A DNA stretch of 55,004 nt from the IMG/VR virus record IMGVR_UViG_3300027730_000040, positions 1 through 55,004 of that record. The stretch is one strand, 5' to 3'. The notes under the pieces were generated by a model. That model ran no database searches and had not been told where the DNA came from. It saw only the letters and a list, made by a program, of their open reading frames with translations. This document shows, in pieces, positions 8,352 to 18,455 of this stretch (position 1 is the stretch's first letter; each line of letters starts with the position of its first letter). A program made the translations under genes and the position numbers. The DNA comes from a virus. Lineage: Duplodnaviria > Caudoviricetes.

Positions 8352-11300
8352 ATGCCGACGCTTGCCGAACTCATTGCTGAGCGTGAACGCCGTCGCGCGG
8401 CTGCTGCTGCTGCGTCTAGCGGAACTGCGCCTGAAGCCCCCCCTCCTAGTGGCGTGTCGATGGAAGCTCTCATTGCTGAGCGCGACCGCCGTCGTGCATC
8501 TCAGGTTGCGCCCGTCCAGCCCGACGCAACCCCGTGGGGCGACGGTCAGGCGTTCGATGACTTGTACGCCCGCAAGCCGCAGACTGATCCGATGCTGTCC
8601 CCGCTGCGTCCTAACGCGCGCACGCTGACATCGGGACAACCGACGCGGTTGAAGCCCCCGCCTGTGCCGCGTGGTCCCGTTATGTCGCCTTCGCAAAGGA
8701 TGGCAACGCAGCCGGCGCGCGATGCCGATGTTGCCCGGAGAACCGAGCAAGCGAACAGGTGGAAGAACGATTCGCCGTTCGGAACGCCTGTAGACGAAAT
8801 GGGTATGCCGATAGCTGTCACGGACGCCCAACGTGACGGCGGCATGTATGGCGTGCGGGATGACGTTGGCAAAGGTATCGTTGCAAGCCCAATCCACGCG
8901 GAGCGCGCCCTTGTTGGAGCAGCCGAAGCAATTCTGAACACGCCTGGAGATTTGGCGCGGTCGCTGGCCGTTCCCTTCGCTATGGGATTTGACCCAGAAT
9001 CGCAGGGCATCGTTGCAAACCTTGAATTTGCGCGGGATGAAGCGAGCGTTGCCAATGCAATGGACCGCTTTGCCAATCGCTACGAGCAAGGCGGCTTCCG
9101 CAAATTGCGGGAGAAGATCGACGCGGCTCCGCGCTTTGACTTCTCCGCAGCCAAGGTTCCGGTGCCGAAAGAGCTTGAGTCTGTTTCTGGCGCATTAGCT
9201 GAGGGCCTCGCGCAGTTTCTCATCAGCCGAAAACTAGTGGGTAAAGTGGCGCCGGGCGGCGGTCTCGCAGCAAACATGGGCAAGGATGCTGCGGCGGTTT
9301 TTGTCGGCATGGACGGCTCGACCGGCAGGATGGCCGACATCATTGATGCCAATGCTATCCCACAAGGTCTGCTGCGGGATTATTTCAACTTCCTGAAAAC
9401 GCAGCCTGACGACTCGCCGGCGCTGGGGCGCTTCAAGAACTTCCTTGAAGACCTTACCGTCAGCGGACCAATGATCGTCCCGCAAACCGTGGTTGCTCCC
9501 GCTGCGCGGGTCGTCGGCAACGCCATCAACCCAACGATGACCCCCACCAATGCAGGCGGTGTTGCTGCTCGTGCTGGCCTTACACGCCCGCAGATTACTC
9601 CTGTGGCCCCCGCTGCTGCTGCTACCCAGCCTCAGCAGCCTGTTGCCCCGACCGCAACGCAAGCCCCACAGCAAGCCCCCACACAGCCGCAAACCGTCAC
9701 GGCCCCGCCAGTACCCCCGATCCCGCCAACCGCACCAGCGGTCACGGCAGGCGCACCGATGCCCGGTCCTGCCGGTCAGGTTCCGCCCGCTGGAGTTATG
9801 ACGCCGGTTCCGAACCTTGGCCCCGCCGAGCAGGCTTTCAACAACCTGCCGATGAAGACCCGCGAGTCGATGCTCAACGCCTTCAAGTCGGCGGGCGTTG
9901 AACCTGTCCGCGCCAAGGCGATGATTGGCGAACTCAACAACCTGCCTGACGGGCAGAACACCATGTACGCCCTCGAAATCATGCGCCGCAATGGTCTGTC
10001 TGACCCGGATATTGACGGCGTACTGGTTGCGATGGGCCGTGAGTTCGCAACGGAATCGCCCCGTCCGTCTGGCCGCGTGTTCAATCGCGAGCAGGATTCC
10101 GCCCGCCAGATCATGAACAATCAGGTCCGCACTCAGATCAACTCTGAAGGCCGGTCGATCACGGACGTTGCCGAGAGCAGATTTGGTCCCGGCGTTGTGC
10201 CAGCAGGCGAGGCGCTCGACCTGGAGCTTGATCAGCTCAGCAATGCATACGAGACAATCCTCAGCACGAAGCGGTCCCCGACCGGAAACCTTCGCAGCCC
10301 GGCCAAGAAGGATGCTGTCTACAAGGCGCGTGAAGACCTGACCAACGCGCTTGTGTCCCCCTCGGTTATGCAGACGATCCCGGATGACGTGAAGCTTCAG
10401 ATCATGATGCAGGCCAGCGATGACATGCGCAGGCTGAAGTTCAAGCCTGAAGAACTGGACGTAGTCTTGCAAGGTGACGGCGCGGTTCTCGCTCCGCTGT
10501 TTGAAGGCTACGGCGCCCTTTCGTGGTCGCCTGAACTGTGGTCGCACCTTGCGCGTCAGTATCCGACGCAGGCGGCGCACTCGCTCCAGTCGGCCTTGCG
10601 CAAGGCGGCTGATGAAGCGTTCCGCCGTGGCGATGCGACGGCAGGCCGGTATTACAAGCGTCTGCGTGGCGAAAGCGGCAAGGGTGGGCTTCTTGATACG
10701 CTGGAGCGCGCGGTCCCGAAATACAAGGAAACTCGCGTCCAGTTTGGCGATGCAAGCTCTGCCAAGGAAGCGCTCGACATTCTTGAGCGGTTCAAGGCTG
10801 CGGCTGCAAACGAAGGCGACGTTGCCAAGATTATCAAGGATATGGACGGACTGCCGCAGCGCCATCGCGAAATGGCGGAACAGCAGATCACCAGCATCAT
10901 CCGTCAGGAACTCGCCCGCAAGGTCGAAAGCCCGCGCCTTGCAGAACTGGGCCAGACGGTTGCCCAGACGCCGAACCTCACAGCTCTCAGCCGTCAGGAC
11001 TTCCTAAAGGCGCTTGAGGATGTGTTCGGACCTCGTGGCAAGGAACTGGCAGATTCGATCCGCTCATCACGGGCGCGCACCGACACGCTCACTGGCATTG
11101 CTCCGAAATACAATTCCCGCACAGAGCTGAACCGTCAGGACGTGCAGAACGCCCCGGCGTTGTACGAGGCCCCCGGCTCGCTTGAGGGCGGCATCGAGGA
11201 TCGAATTGATCAGGGCGTCAAGCGCCTTGGAACGGTTGCAGGCGGTGCATCGCTCATTCCAGGCGGGCAGGGCGCGGCGATTGCGCTTGGCGTTGCTACG

Positions 11301-13148
11301 GCTGTGCAGGCTGCGATGAACGCAGCCCGTCGCGGCCGGCGGCTGTCAAATGCAGAACGCAACGCGCTCGTGGATTACCTGTTCAAGTCCCGCACGGCAG
11401 GTGATGCGGCTCCTGCTGCGGCTACGCGCGGCCCATCGATGGGTGACTATGCGCAGGCAATTGGCCGGGATGCTGTGATTGGCGCTGGTATCGGTGCGGT
11501 TGCCGATGGCGATCCGCTAAACAACGATCCGATGGCACTCATTGGCGGCGCTCTTGGTGGTGCGGCAGGCTATGGACGCGCTCGCTTCCGCAATGCGCGC
11601 TCGCTGATCAAGCCCCCGCCCGCCCCGCGTGGTGCAGGGCGCCCCAACCCGCCTCCCGCTGGCCCCGGTGTTGGCGGTCCCAATGCTCCCCGTCCTCTCC
11701 CCGGCCAGACCTCCAGCGCGTCTCCCGCAGTCACTGGCGCGGTTGTTGGCGGCATCGGCGGCGCTATGGCGGATCGTGAAGACCCTGCGCGTGGTGCGCT
11801 TCTGGGTGGCCTTGGTGGCGCTGCTCTTGGCAGTCGCTTTGGCAGGGGCGTCCAGCCTCCTAGGCCGCGTGTATCCCCGCCTCCTGTTGGTGGACCGCCC
11901 AAGCCTAGGGTATCCCCTCCCAAGGGACCGGGAACTCTATCCCGCATGGTCACAGGCGGGGCGATTGGCGGGCTCGCTGGTGGCGTAGCTGGCGAGGCAG
12001 ATCCGCAGACCGCCGAGACGGCGCAGAAGATCGCAGACAACAAGGCGCTGACACAGGCCATCCTTGCGGACATCGCAAAGATTGAAGGCGACATGCGCGT
12101 CTATGAAGGCGGCGATCCGCTGGAGATGCAGAAGACGCTGAACCGTCGCAGCACGGATGGCTCGTTTATTCGGGAAGACGGCAATGTCGGCCCGGAAACG
12201 ACTGCTGCAATTGGTAGAGACAAGACCGCAGCGATGGCGGCTCTCAAAGAGAAACGCGAGCGCCTGGCGCAATTGGAATTGACCGGCAAGGAACTAGAGC
12301 AGCAGGCCGCATTCGAGCGCACACGTCCTACCGAAGACCAGCAATTCATGCGCGACTATGCACCGCTTCTCGGCGGTATCGCAGGGGCTGCCGGCGCAAA
12401 GCTTGCCAGGATTGGTGGAACGACCGTGTCCAAGTTCACGGCCAAGTCTGCCATCAAGAAGGCAAATGCCCTTCTGAACACTGCTCCGATTTCACCTCCG
12501 GTAACCGCTGCTGATCGTGCCGCCATCAGAAAGCGCGTGGCGAACGTCAATGAGTTCTGGAAGCGAGGCGGCGCTAACCAGCCTGAAAATGTGAAACAGC
12601 TTCTTGGTATAGAGCCGAAAAGAAGCGTTCCGTTTGAGTCAAACCAAAAGGGCTTGTTGAGGGCGCGTCCGCTTGCGAAAGTCGTGCCTCCTGATGACCT
12701 GTTCCCTGACAGGTTCATTGGCCGCAAGCTGGGCGCGATGGATGCGCTCATTGGTGGAAGCGCTGCGACCGAGGCTGTTCTGGCAGCTCAGAACGCAGAG
12801 ATGATTGCGGAGAAGCTGAAGACCGCTCGTGAGACGTTAGAAGACGACAAGACCGAAGCGAACATGGCTCGCGTTCAGGAACTGGAAGACCAGTATGCAC
12901 AAGCCAAGGCGCTGATGATGTTGGGCATCGGCGCTGGGGTCGGCACGGGCCTTGGCGTTGCGTTCACGAAGTACGCCAGCAAGCGGGCCGATGTTCCGAT
13001 GGCTGAACAGGAACTGGCGATCTTGCGTCAGTACCTTGCTAGCCAGAAGAAGCCGCCTGCAAAGCCACCCGCACGGAAGAAGAAGCCGACTACTCCGCCG
13101 CTTCCTCCATCTCGACCGAGACGACCGCCAAAGCCTCCAAACCCATAG
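8352..13148 (+). CDS. Large DNA ejection / internal virion protein (1598 aa) with glycine zippers and a PG-binding-like motif
   Basis: Size and position before the tail fibre; GxxxG hydrophobic segments; MQKTLN...EDGNVGPETTAAI. Confidence 0.7.
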   Translation: MPTLAELIAERERRRAAAAAASSGTAPEAPPPSGVSMEALIAERDRRRASQVAPVQPDATPWGDGQAFDDLYARKPQTDPMLSPLRPNARTLTSGQPTRLKPPPVPRGPVMSPSQRMATQPARDADVARRTEQANRWKNDSPFGTPVDEMGMPIAVTDAQRDGGMYGVRDDVGKGIVASPIHAERALVGAAEAILNTPGDLARSLAVPFAMGFDPESQGIVANLEFARDEASVANAMDRFANRYEQGGFRKLREKIDAAPRFDFSAAKVPVPKELESVSGALAEGLAQFLISRKLVGKVAPGGGLAANMGKDAAAVFVGMDGSTGRMADIIDANAIPQGLLRDYFNFLKTQPDDSPALGRFKNFLEDLTVSGPMIVPQTVVAPAARVVGNAINPTMTPTNAGGVAARAGLTRPQITPVAPAAAATQPQQPVAPTATQAPQQAPTQPQTVTAPPVPPIPPTAPAVTAGAPMPGPAGQVPPAGVMTPVPNLGPAEQAFNNLPMKTRESMLNAFKSAGVEPVRAKAMIGELNNLPDGQNTMYALEIMRRNGLSDPDIDGVLVAMGREFATESPRPSGRVFNREQDSARQIMNNQVRTQINSEGRSITDVAESRFGPGVVPAGEALDLELDQLSNAYETILSTKRSPTGNLRSPAKKDAVYKAREDLTNALVSPSVMQTIPDDVKLQIMMQASDDMRRLKFKPEELDVVLQGDGAVLAPLFEGYGALSWSPELWSHLARQYPTQAAHSLQSALRKAADEAFRRGDATAGRYYKRLRGESGKGGLLDTLERAVPKYKETRVQFGDASSAKEALDILERFKAAAANEGDVAKIIKDMDGLPQRHREMAEQQITSIIRQELARKVESPRLAELGQTVAQTPNLTALSRQDFLKALEDVFGPRGKELADSIRSSRARTDTLTGIAPKYNSRTELNRQDVQNAPALYEAPGSLEGGIEDRIDQGVKRLGTVAGGASLIPGGQGAAIALGVATAVQAAMNAARRGRRLSNAERNALVDYLFKSRTAGDAAPAAATRGPSMGDYAQAIGRDAVIGAGIGAVADGDPLNNDPMALIGGALGGAAGYGRARFRNARSLIKPPPAPRGAGRPNPPPAGPGVGGPNAPRPLPGQTSSASPAVTGAVVGGIGGAMADREDPARGALLGGLGGAALGSRFGRGVQPPRPRVSPPPVGGPPKPRVSPPKGPGTLSRMVTGGAIGGLAGGVAGEADPQTAETAQKIADNKALTQAILADIAKIEGDMRVYEGGDPLEMQKTLNRRSTDGSFIREDGNVGPETTAAIGRDKTAAMAALKEKRERLAQLELTGKELEQQAAFERTRPTEDQQFMRDYAPLLGGIAGAAGAKLARIGGTTVSKFTAKSAIKKANALLNTAPISPPVTAADRAAIRKRVANVNEFWKRGGANQPENVKQLLGIEPKRSVPFESNQKGLLRARPLAKVVPPDDLFPDRFIGRKLGAMDALIGGSAATEAVLAAQNAEMIAEKLKTARETLEDDKTEANMARVQELEDQYAQAKALMMLGIGAGVGTGLGVAFTKYASKRADVPMAEQELAILRQYLASQKKPPAKPPARKKKPTTPPLPPSRPRRPPKPPNP

Positions 13149-13260
13149 AGGCGAGGAAAAGCGCAAGGGCAAGCCAACCCCACGCGCCACCGGCATAAAG
13201 GCTAAAGCCCGCTCCCACGAGCGCGCAGAATGCCAACAGCATGAAACCTACAGCAGCCAT
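13090..13260 (-). CDS. 56-aa two-TM membrane protein (below the ORF-track cutoff)
   Basis: MAAVGFMLLAFCALVGAGFSLYAGGAWGWLALALFLASMGLEALAVVSVEMEEAAE; GGAGG RBS; overlaps the 3' end of the large gene. Confidence 0.55.
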   Translation of the reverse strand: MAAVGFMLLAFCALVGAGFSLYAGGAWGWLALALFLASMGLEALAVVSVEMEEAAE

Positions 13261-13313
13261 ATCCTGCGCCTCCTAACCGGGGCGCAGACCCTAGCTGAAG
13301 TTATGCGCAAAAC

Positions 13314-13340
13314 AAAAACCCCCGCCAGTTAAGGCGGGGG
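13314..13340 (-). terminator. Rho-independent terminator
   Basis: 8-bp stem CCCCCGCC/GGCGGGGG, 6-nt loop, U-tract on the minus strand just after the stop of 13348-13839. Confidence 0.75.
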
Positions 13341-13347
13341 CATTGTT

Positions 13348-13839
13348 CTAGGCGACTTTCTTGTGTTTCCACCGCAGCTCAGCAAGTTGCCGAGCCGGAT
13401 TTGCGACCGTCTGCTTCTTCAGATCCCGTGAAAACGTGTAGAGCGAGAACACGTTGAACACCGAGAGCCCGAAGGAGGCGACCCACAGCGCCCAATCAGG
13501 GGCGAGGTCTTTCCTTGCATCGAGCCATGCAAGCCCCTGATGGGTCATGCCAGCTTCGATCAGGACCAGGAAAACGCCAAGGACGACAGTCATCACAGCG
13601 GTGAAGCTGAAGCCCTTGTCCCTGCATTCTGCAAACCGGGTAACGCACCCGGACAGGATGAGGGAAACCGAGACCAGAACCGCTGTAAGCATAGCGGCCA
13701 CGATCCATTCGACCGGATGGTCCGTAATGTTGCCCGCGAGGACAGCATCGGACCAGAACGACAAACCGCCAAATCCAATGGCGATCCACATCAGGCAATT
13801 GCTTGCCCACAGCGCGCGGTCTTGAGTAAGGTAGTTCAT
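13348..13839 (-). CDS. Four-TM membrane protein (moron)
   Basis: 163 aa, four hydrophobic segments, own RBS and terminator, antisense to late genes. Confidence 0.75.
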   Translation of the reverse strand: MNYLTQDRALWASNCLMWIAIGFGGLSFWSDAVLAGNITDHPVEWIVAAMLTAVLVSVSLILSGCVTRFAECRDKGFSFTAVMTVVLGVFLVLIEAGMTHQGLAWLDARKDLAPDWALWVASFGLSVFNVFSLYTFSRDLKKQTVANPARQLAELRWKHKKVA

Positions 13840-13861
13840 AGCGGGTGTCCTTTTCCCGTTA

Positions 13862-13897
13862 GGGGCCGGAGAACACGGTTGCTGCCGTGCCGGCCCC
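13862..13897 (-). promoter_or_regulatory. GC-rich hairpin in the leader of the four-TM gene
   Basis: GGGGCCGG..CACGG/CCGTG..CCGGCCCC nested inverted repeat. Confidence 0.5.
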
Positions 13898-14069
13898 GAT
13901 TAAATTTTCAAACATCTGACGCTTCACAGCGCATCCCAAACATACGCATTCGCGCGCTAAGCGGGAGGTAACGGCTCGACGTTACACGCGCCGCGCAAAA
14001 TCACATCTGTGTGAACTGAATTAACAGCCGCATAGCGCACATGATGCGTGACGGCAATGGAGATACAAA

Positions 14070-15686
14070 GTGTCCCGAGACGGAAGTGGCGTTTATAGCA
14101 AGCCAGGTGGCACAACTGCCGTCACTGGCACTCCAGTTGGCAGCAGCGCGTACAACACTTTCTGCGACGACCTCGTCACAGATTTGAATGCGGCCAGACC
14201 CATTACGTCAGGCGGCACCGGCGCCACCACAGCATCAGGAGCCCGCTCCAATCTCGGTGTGTCTGCGACTGATGCGACCATCACGGCGATAGCTGCGCTG
14301 GATTTCTCTGCTGCTGGTTCGATGATGTTCTCGACGGCGGCTGATACGTTCTCGCTGCTGACGACGACAGCGGCGGGCAGGGCGCTTCTGGATGACGCGG
14401 ATGCTGCGGCTCAAAGGGTCACACTTGGGCTAGTGATCGGGACGAACGTTCAGGCGTATGACGCCGACCTCACGACGTGGGCAGGCGTCACTCCCGGCAC
14501 GGGCGTTGCGACTGCGCTTGCGGTCGCTGTGGGCTCCGCTGGTGCGGTTGTCGTCAATGGCGGGGCGCTGGGTACGCCTAGCTCTGGAACGCTCACCAGC
14601 GCCACTGGCTTGCCCATCAGCACGGGTGTCAGTGGCCTTGGCACGGGCATCGCCACGGCGCTTGCGATCAACACCGGATCGGCGGGCGCTCCCGTTCTGG
14701 TCAACGGCGCGCTGGGTACGCCATCGAGCGGCACGCTCACAAACGCGACGGGGCTTCCTGTTGGCGGCATCAGCGGTCTTGGCACGGGCGTTGCAACTTT
14801 CCTCGCCACGCCGTCGAGCGCGAACCTTGCGGCGGCGGTCACTGATGAAACCGGCTCTGGCGCGCTGTATTTCACGGGCGGCGCGCTTGGCACGCCATCA
14901 TCTGCGACCCTCACGAACGCGACCGGCTTGCCCGTGTCGGGCATCACGGCATCGACATCGACGGCGCTGGGCGTGGGCTCCATCGAGCTTGGCCATGCGA
15001 GCGACACGACGCTGTCGCGTGTCTCTGCGGGTGTCGTCGCCATTGAAGGTGTGCAGGTCACGACCAACAGCGCGACCCAGACGTTGACGAACAAAACTCT
15101 CAGCTCTCCAACGCTGAGCGGGACGGTGGCTGGAGCTGCTTCGTGGTCGGGATTGCAAACGTTTTCTTCTCGCCTCGTTGCTGGCGGCACTTTCGATCCG
15201 ATTTCAAACGTCAACGCAGCAATTGTTGTAAATGGCGCATACGGCGGCGGCATCCTTTTCCAAGACACCGGCTACGGCGGAATCTGGGCGACGGATTCCG
15301 GAGCAACTCTCAACTTCAAAACTGCCGGGACCGGAAGCGGATTCGGCGGCGCTACCGGCTTCATGCGACTTACGGCATCTGCGCTCACACTTGGTGGCGT
15401 CGCCGTCCCCACCATCTCCAGCACCGACACGTTGTCGAACAAGACGCTGAGCAGCCCGACCATCAGCGGAGGCACTATCACGCTTGCCGACGCCGTAAAT
15501 ATCGCTGTTGACGCAACCACTGGCACCAAGATTGGTACCGCGACCAGCCAGAAGATTGGGTTCTTTGACAAGACGCCTGTCGTGCAGCCCACCGCCGTTG
15601 CTGATGCGACGACCGCTGTTGATGTCATTACACAATTCAATGCGCTGCTTACCCGGATGCGTAACCTTGGCCTGATTGCCACGTAA
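14070..15686 (+). CDS. Tail fibre / receptor-binding protein
   Basis: N-terminal MSRDGSGVYSKP podovirus-fibre-like start; three GALGTPSS(G/A)TLT(S/N)ATGLP repeats; TLTNKTL motifs. Confidence 0.75.
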   Translation: MSRDGSGVYSKPGGTTAVTGTPVGSSAYNTFCDDLVTDLNAARPITSGGTGATTASGARSNLGVSATDATITAIAALDFSAAGSMMFSTAADTFSLLTTTAAGRALLDDADAAAQRVTLGLVIGTNVQAYDADLTTWAGVTPGTGVATALAVAVGSAGAVVVNGGALGTPSSGTLTSATGLPISTGVSGLGTGIATALAINTGSAGAPVLVNGALGTPSSGTLTNATGLPVGGISGLGTGVATFLATPSSANLAAAVTDETGSGALYFTGGALGTPSSATLTNATGLPVSGITASTSTALGVGSIELGHASDTTLSRVSAGVVAIEGVQVTTNSATQTLTNKTLSSPTLSGTVAGAASWSGLQTFSSRLVAGGTFDPISNVNAAIVVNGAYGGGILFQDTGYGGIWATDSGATLNFKTAGTGSGFGGATGFMRLTASALTLGGVAVPTISSTDTLSNKTLSSPTISGGTITLADAVNIAVDATTGTKIGTATSQKIGFFDKTPVVQPTAVADATTAVDVITQFNALLTRMRNLGLIAT

Positions 15687-15698
15687 GGATTTACAGCA

Positions 15699-16007
15699 AT
15701 GACAACTGCATGGTCTTGGAAATTCCACACCGCCAAAGTCGCTGACGAGGACGGCCTCACGGACGTGCTCAAAAGCGTCGGATACCAACTCACCGGCACG
15801 CGCGGCGAAAAAGAGTTCGTCATCGGCGGCGAGACTGCGCTGGGCGCACCCGACCCGGCCAACTTCACCCCGTTCGCAAGCCTGACCGCAGAGCAGATGG
15901 TCGATATCCTCGGCGGCGCGGTCAACATCGAGGCGCTCAAGGCGCAGATCGATGCGTGGCACGACGAAGAAGTTAAGCCGCTGCCGTTTGGCGAGGAAGC
16001 CGCGTAA
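15699..16007 (+). CDS. Small tail-associated / fibre assembly protein
   Basis: 102 aa directly after the fibre; FTPFASLT and LPF C-terminus typical of such phage proteins. Confidence 0.55.
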   Translation: MTTAWSWKFHTAKVADEDGLTDVLKSVGYQLTGTRGEKEFVIGGETALGAPDPANFTPFASLTAEQMVDILGGAVNIEALKAQIDAWHDEEVKPLPFGEEAA

Positions 16008-16741
16008 TGAAACCCGAACGCAAGACGGCAGAACCAACCGCAATGGAGCGGCTGGCTCACGAGATGTGCGCGCTATTCTGGGAGCGCAAATGGCAACCGA
16101 GCATGGCGAACTTCCAGCCGCGCCCGTTTGTGGAATGGCACGGATCGTTCTTTAGCGCAGCCGGCACAACCCCATCAGGGCGCACATGCTCCATCGCCTG
16201 TCGAACAGCCGAGGAAGTCATCGCGTTTCTGGAAAGCGCGAGTGCTGTTCCGGCAGAGGCTCCCGCGCCGGTTGTCGAGCCCGTATCTTACAACAGTGGT
16301 AAGATAGCCGACGCTGAGCCTGTCATCAAGGAAGCGCCTGAGCCGGTCGAGCCTGAGCCGCCGCAGCCCGACCCCCGCGACGAAGCTCTCGCCGCAGCGG
16401 AGGCAGAGCTAGCCGCCCTGCGTGCGCGTGTCGCAGAACTGGAGCACCCTGAGCCCGCACAACTCCTGCCGCCGCCTGACACGCTGATGGCTGACTACGG
16501 CAACGTGGGCATGGATGATCTCACGGGCGACCTGTTGCTGGACGCTTTTGAGCAGGATGAATCCGAGACGGCTGCAATCGTCCAGACGCTGTCAGCGCTG
16601 CGTCTCAAACACCTCTCAGAACAACTGAACGTTGAGCGTGCGCGGCTGGATCGGGAACACCAGGCGACGGGCATCGCCAATCCTCGAAGCGCATCGATTG
16701 ATCGTCTGCTTGGGCTGCTGACGAGGCGTGGCGAGGTCTGA
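16007..16741 (+). CDS. Hypothetical phage protein
   Basis: 244 aa, TAATG coupling, Pro/Glu linker and coiled coil. Confidence 0.7.
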   Translation: MKPERKTAEPTAMERLAHEMCALFWERKWQPSMANFQPRPFVEWHGSFFSAAGTTPSGRTCSIACRTAEEVIAFLESASAVPAEAPAPVVEPVSYNSGKIADAEPVIKEAPEPVEPEPPQPDPRDEALAAAEAELAALRARVAELEHPEPAQLLPPPDTLMADYGNVGMDDLTGDLLLDAFEQDESETAAIVQTLSALRLKHLSEQLNVERARLDREHQATGIANPRSASIDRLLGLLTRRGEV

Positions 16742-16762
16742 CCTTGAGGACTGGGGCAGGGC

Positions 16763-17191
16763 ATGACGGAAGTATTTCATCGCGAGATCGCTGAGATCGA
16801 GCGGCAGCGCGATGCGTTTGCGCGTCTTGATCGCATCGGCAACGCTGAGCGCGATCTGGCTGTGTTGCGGACCCGCTTTGAAGCGGCGTTCGACACGTTT
16901 CTGAAAGAGCTTGAGCGATCCGTTTCGGGTGAAGACCTGAAGGAACTCAAGCGTGAATGGGAGATGGCCTTGCGTGACGCAATGAACGGCGTTTCGGATC
17001 TGGTGAAGACCGCGAACGATCAGCAATCAGCAGCAATCATCAGCCGTGTCGAGATGATGCTTCTGCACCAGCACGAGCGCGCTGCCGAGGAAAGCAAGCG
17101 CACACGGCAGGAGTTCATCCGCTACGTGGTCGGTTTCGCGCTGACCATCCTGAGTGCGCTGCTGATCTTCTGGATCACTGAACGCGCTTAG
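16763..17191 (+). CDS. Coiled-coil protein with a C-terminal TM (lysis-cluster membrane protein; holin-associated candidate)
   Basis: 142 aa; C-terminal YVVGFALTILSALLIFWI. Confidence 0.7.
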   Translation: MTEVFHREIAEIERQRDAFARLDRIGNAERDLAVLRTRFEAAFDTFLKELERSVSGEDLKELKREWEMALRDAMNGVSDLVKTANDQQSAAIISRVEMMLLHQHERAAEESKRTRQEFIRYVVGFALTILSALLIFWITERA

Positions 17192-17210
17192 CGCAACACA
17201 GGGGCAGGGC

Positions 17211-18455
17211 ATGGGCAAATTTCTAGATAGCTTTCTGACGTTTAAGAACGAGGCTGACTCGACACGTCGCTTCGCCTTGTTCGCAGTGATCATCATCACG
17301 CTGGGCCTTGCAAGCCTGAGCGTCACTGGCGTTGTGGCGACGGCTAAGTGGACATGGCTTTCGGCGCTTCCGGTAATTGCCTTGGTCTGCGCTGTCCTCG
17401 GCGCTGAGCTATTGGCCACTGTCGCCTTTATTCGCATGCTCACGGCATCGACGATGTCGAGAAAAATCGCCGGGGCTTTCATCTTCCTCGGCCTTGCTGC
17501 AATCGGCGTCCACAATGCTGAGAACGGAGCGAAGGTCGTCTGGCCAGAGCGCTTTGCGGAAAGCTCTGCATCACTGAACGCTAAGGCAGCGCTGGCCGGC
17601 GAAGAGGCCGCAACGCTTGGCGTGGCCCAGCAGGCGGCAATCAGCGGGACCGGCGCAGAGCTTGAGCGCGTGCGGACGCAGATCGCAGAACTACGCACTG
17701 AGCAGACCGTCATGGCATCGATGAGCCCTGAAGGCATCTCCAAGGCTCAAAGCCTCCTGCTCGCTCAGGGCCTCTACTTCGGCAGCGTGGACGGCATCAG
17801 GCGGGACAAGACCGAGAGCGCCATGCGTGCGCGAGGCGAAGCTATCCAAGGCGAACTGGCGACCCTCAAGGCGCGTGAGGATGGGCTCATGCAGGGGCAG
17901 GCGAGCCCGGTCCAGCAGGCCACATCCGACCGTCGCCTGTTGCAGATCCAGCAGGCCGATGCAGCTAACGCGGCATGGTGGGCATGGCTCTGGCTTATCA
18001 TCATGCTGTGTACCCTAGAGGGCGCACGGTCCCTTTCGCTCTGGGCCTACATCACCGACATCTCATCGACCGACGCCAAGCGCGACCGCGAATGGACCGA
18101 CGAGCTTGCAGCACTGCGTCACCAGCAGGAGCGGGCGAAAATCATCGCGGAAACGAACGCTGCGGTTGCCGCCTATTCGGCTCCAGCAGCCCCGCCTAGC
18201 GAGGCTGAGCCTGTCGCGGCTATCGAGCCTCCCCCGGAGCCAGACCCCACGCCAGAGCCCATCCCTGAGCCCGTAGTGGAGCCGCTGGTCCTGGTCGAGC
18301 CGGTTGCCGAGATGACGCCGCGGCAGAGAGCAGCGCGTCCGGGCGGGCTGGCAGCGCAGCACGAGCGCAGGGCCGCGAAGAAGGAGCGGCTTTTGGTGAT
18401 CGGTCCAGTGTCCACGCTTGACACGATGCAGGCAGCGAAGGTGGCCGCAGAATGA
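17211..18455 (+). CDS. Multi-TM membrane protein with coiled coils and a PG-binding-like motif
   Basis: Three N-terminal TMs, AQSLLLAQGLYFGSVDGIRRDKTESAM, a fourth TM, Pro/Glu tail. Confidence 0.75.
   Translation: MGKFLDSFLTFKNEADSTRRFALFAVIIITLGLASLSVTGVVATAKWTWLSALPVIALVCAVLGAELLATVAFIRMLTASTMSRKIAGAFIFLGLAAIGVHNAENGAKVVWPERFAESSASLNAKAALAGEEAATLGVAQQAAISGTGAELERVRTQIAELRTEQTVMASMSPEGISKAQSLLLAQGLYFGSVDGIRRDKTESAMRARGEAIQGELATLKAREDGLMQGQASPVQQATSDRRLLQIQQADAANAAWWAWLWLIIMLCTLEGARSLSLWAYITDISSTDAKRDREWTDELAALRHQQERAKIIAETNAAVAAYSAPAAPPSEAEPVAAIEPPPEPDPTPEPIPEPVVEPLVLVEPVAEMTPRQRAARPGGLAAQHERRAAKKERLLVIGPVSTLDTMQAAKVAAE

Noticed and set aside
9234-10865. Long antisense ORFs (also 4966-5814, 14450-15268, 39365-40198 and others)
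   Set aside because: Shadow frames of high-GC genes; no motifs or RBS
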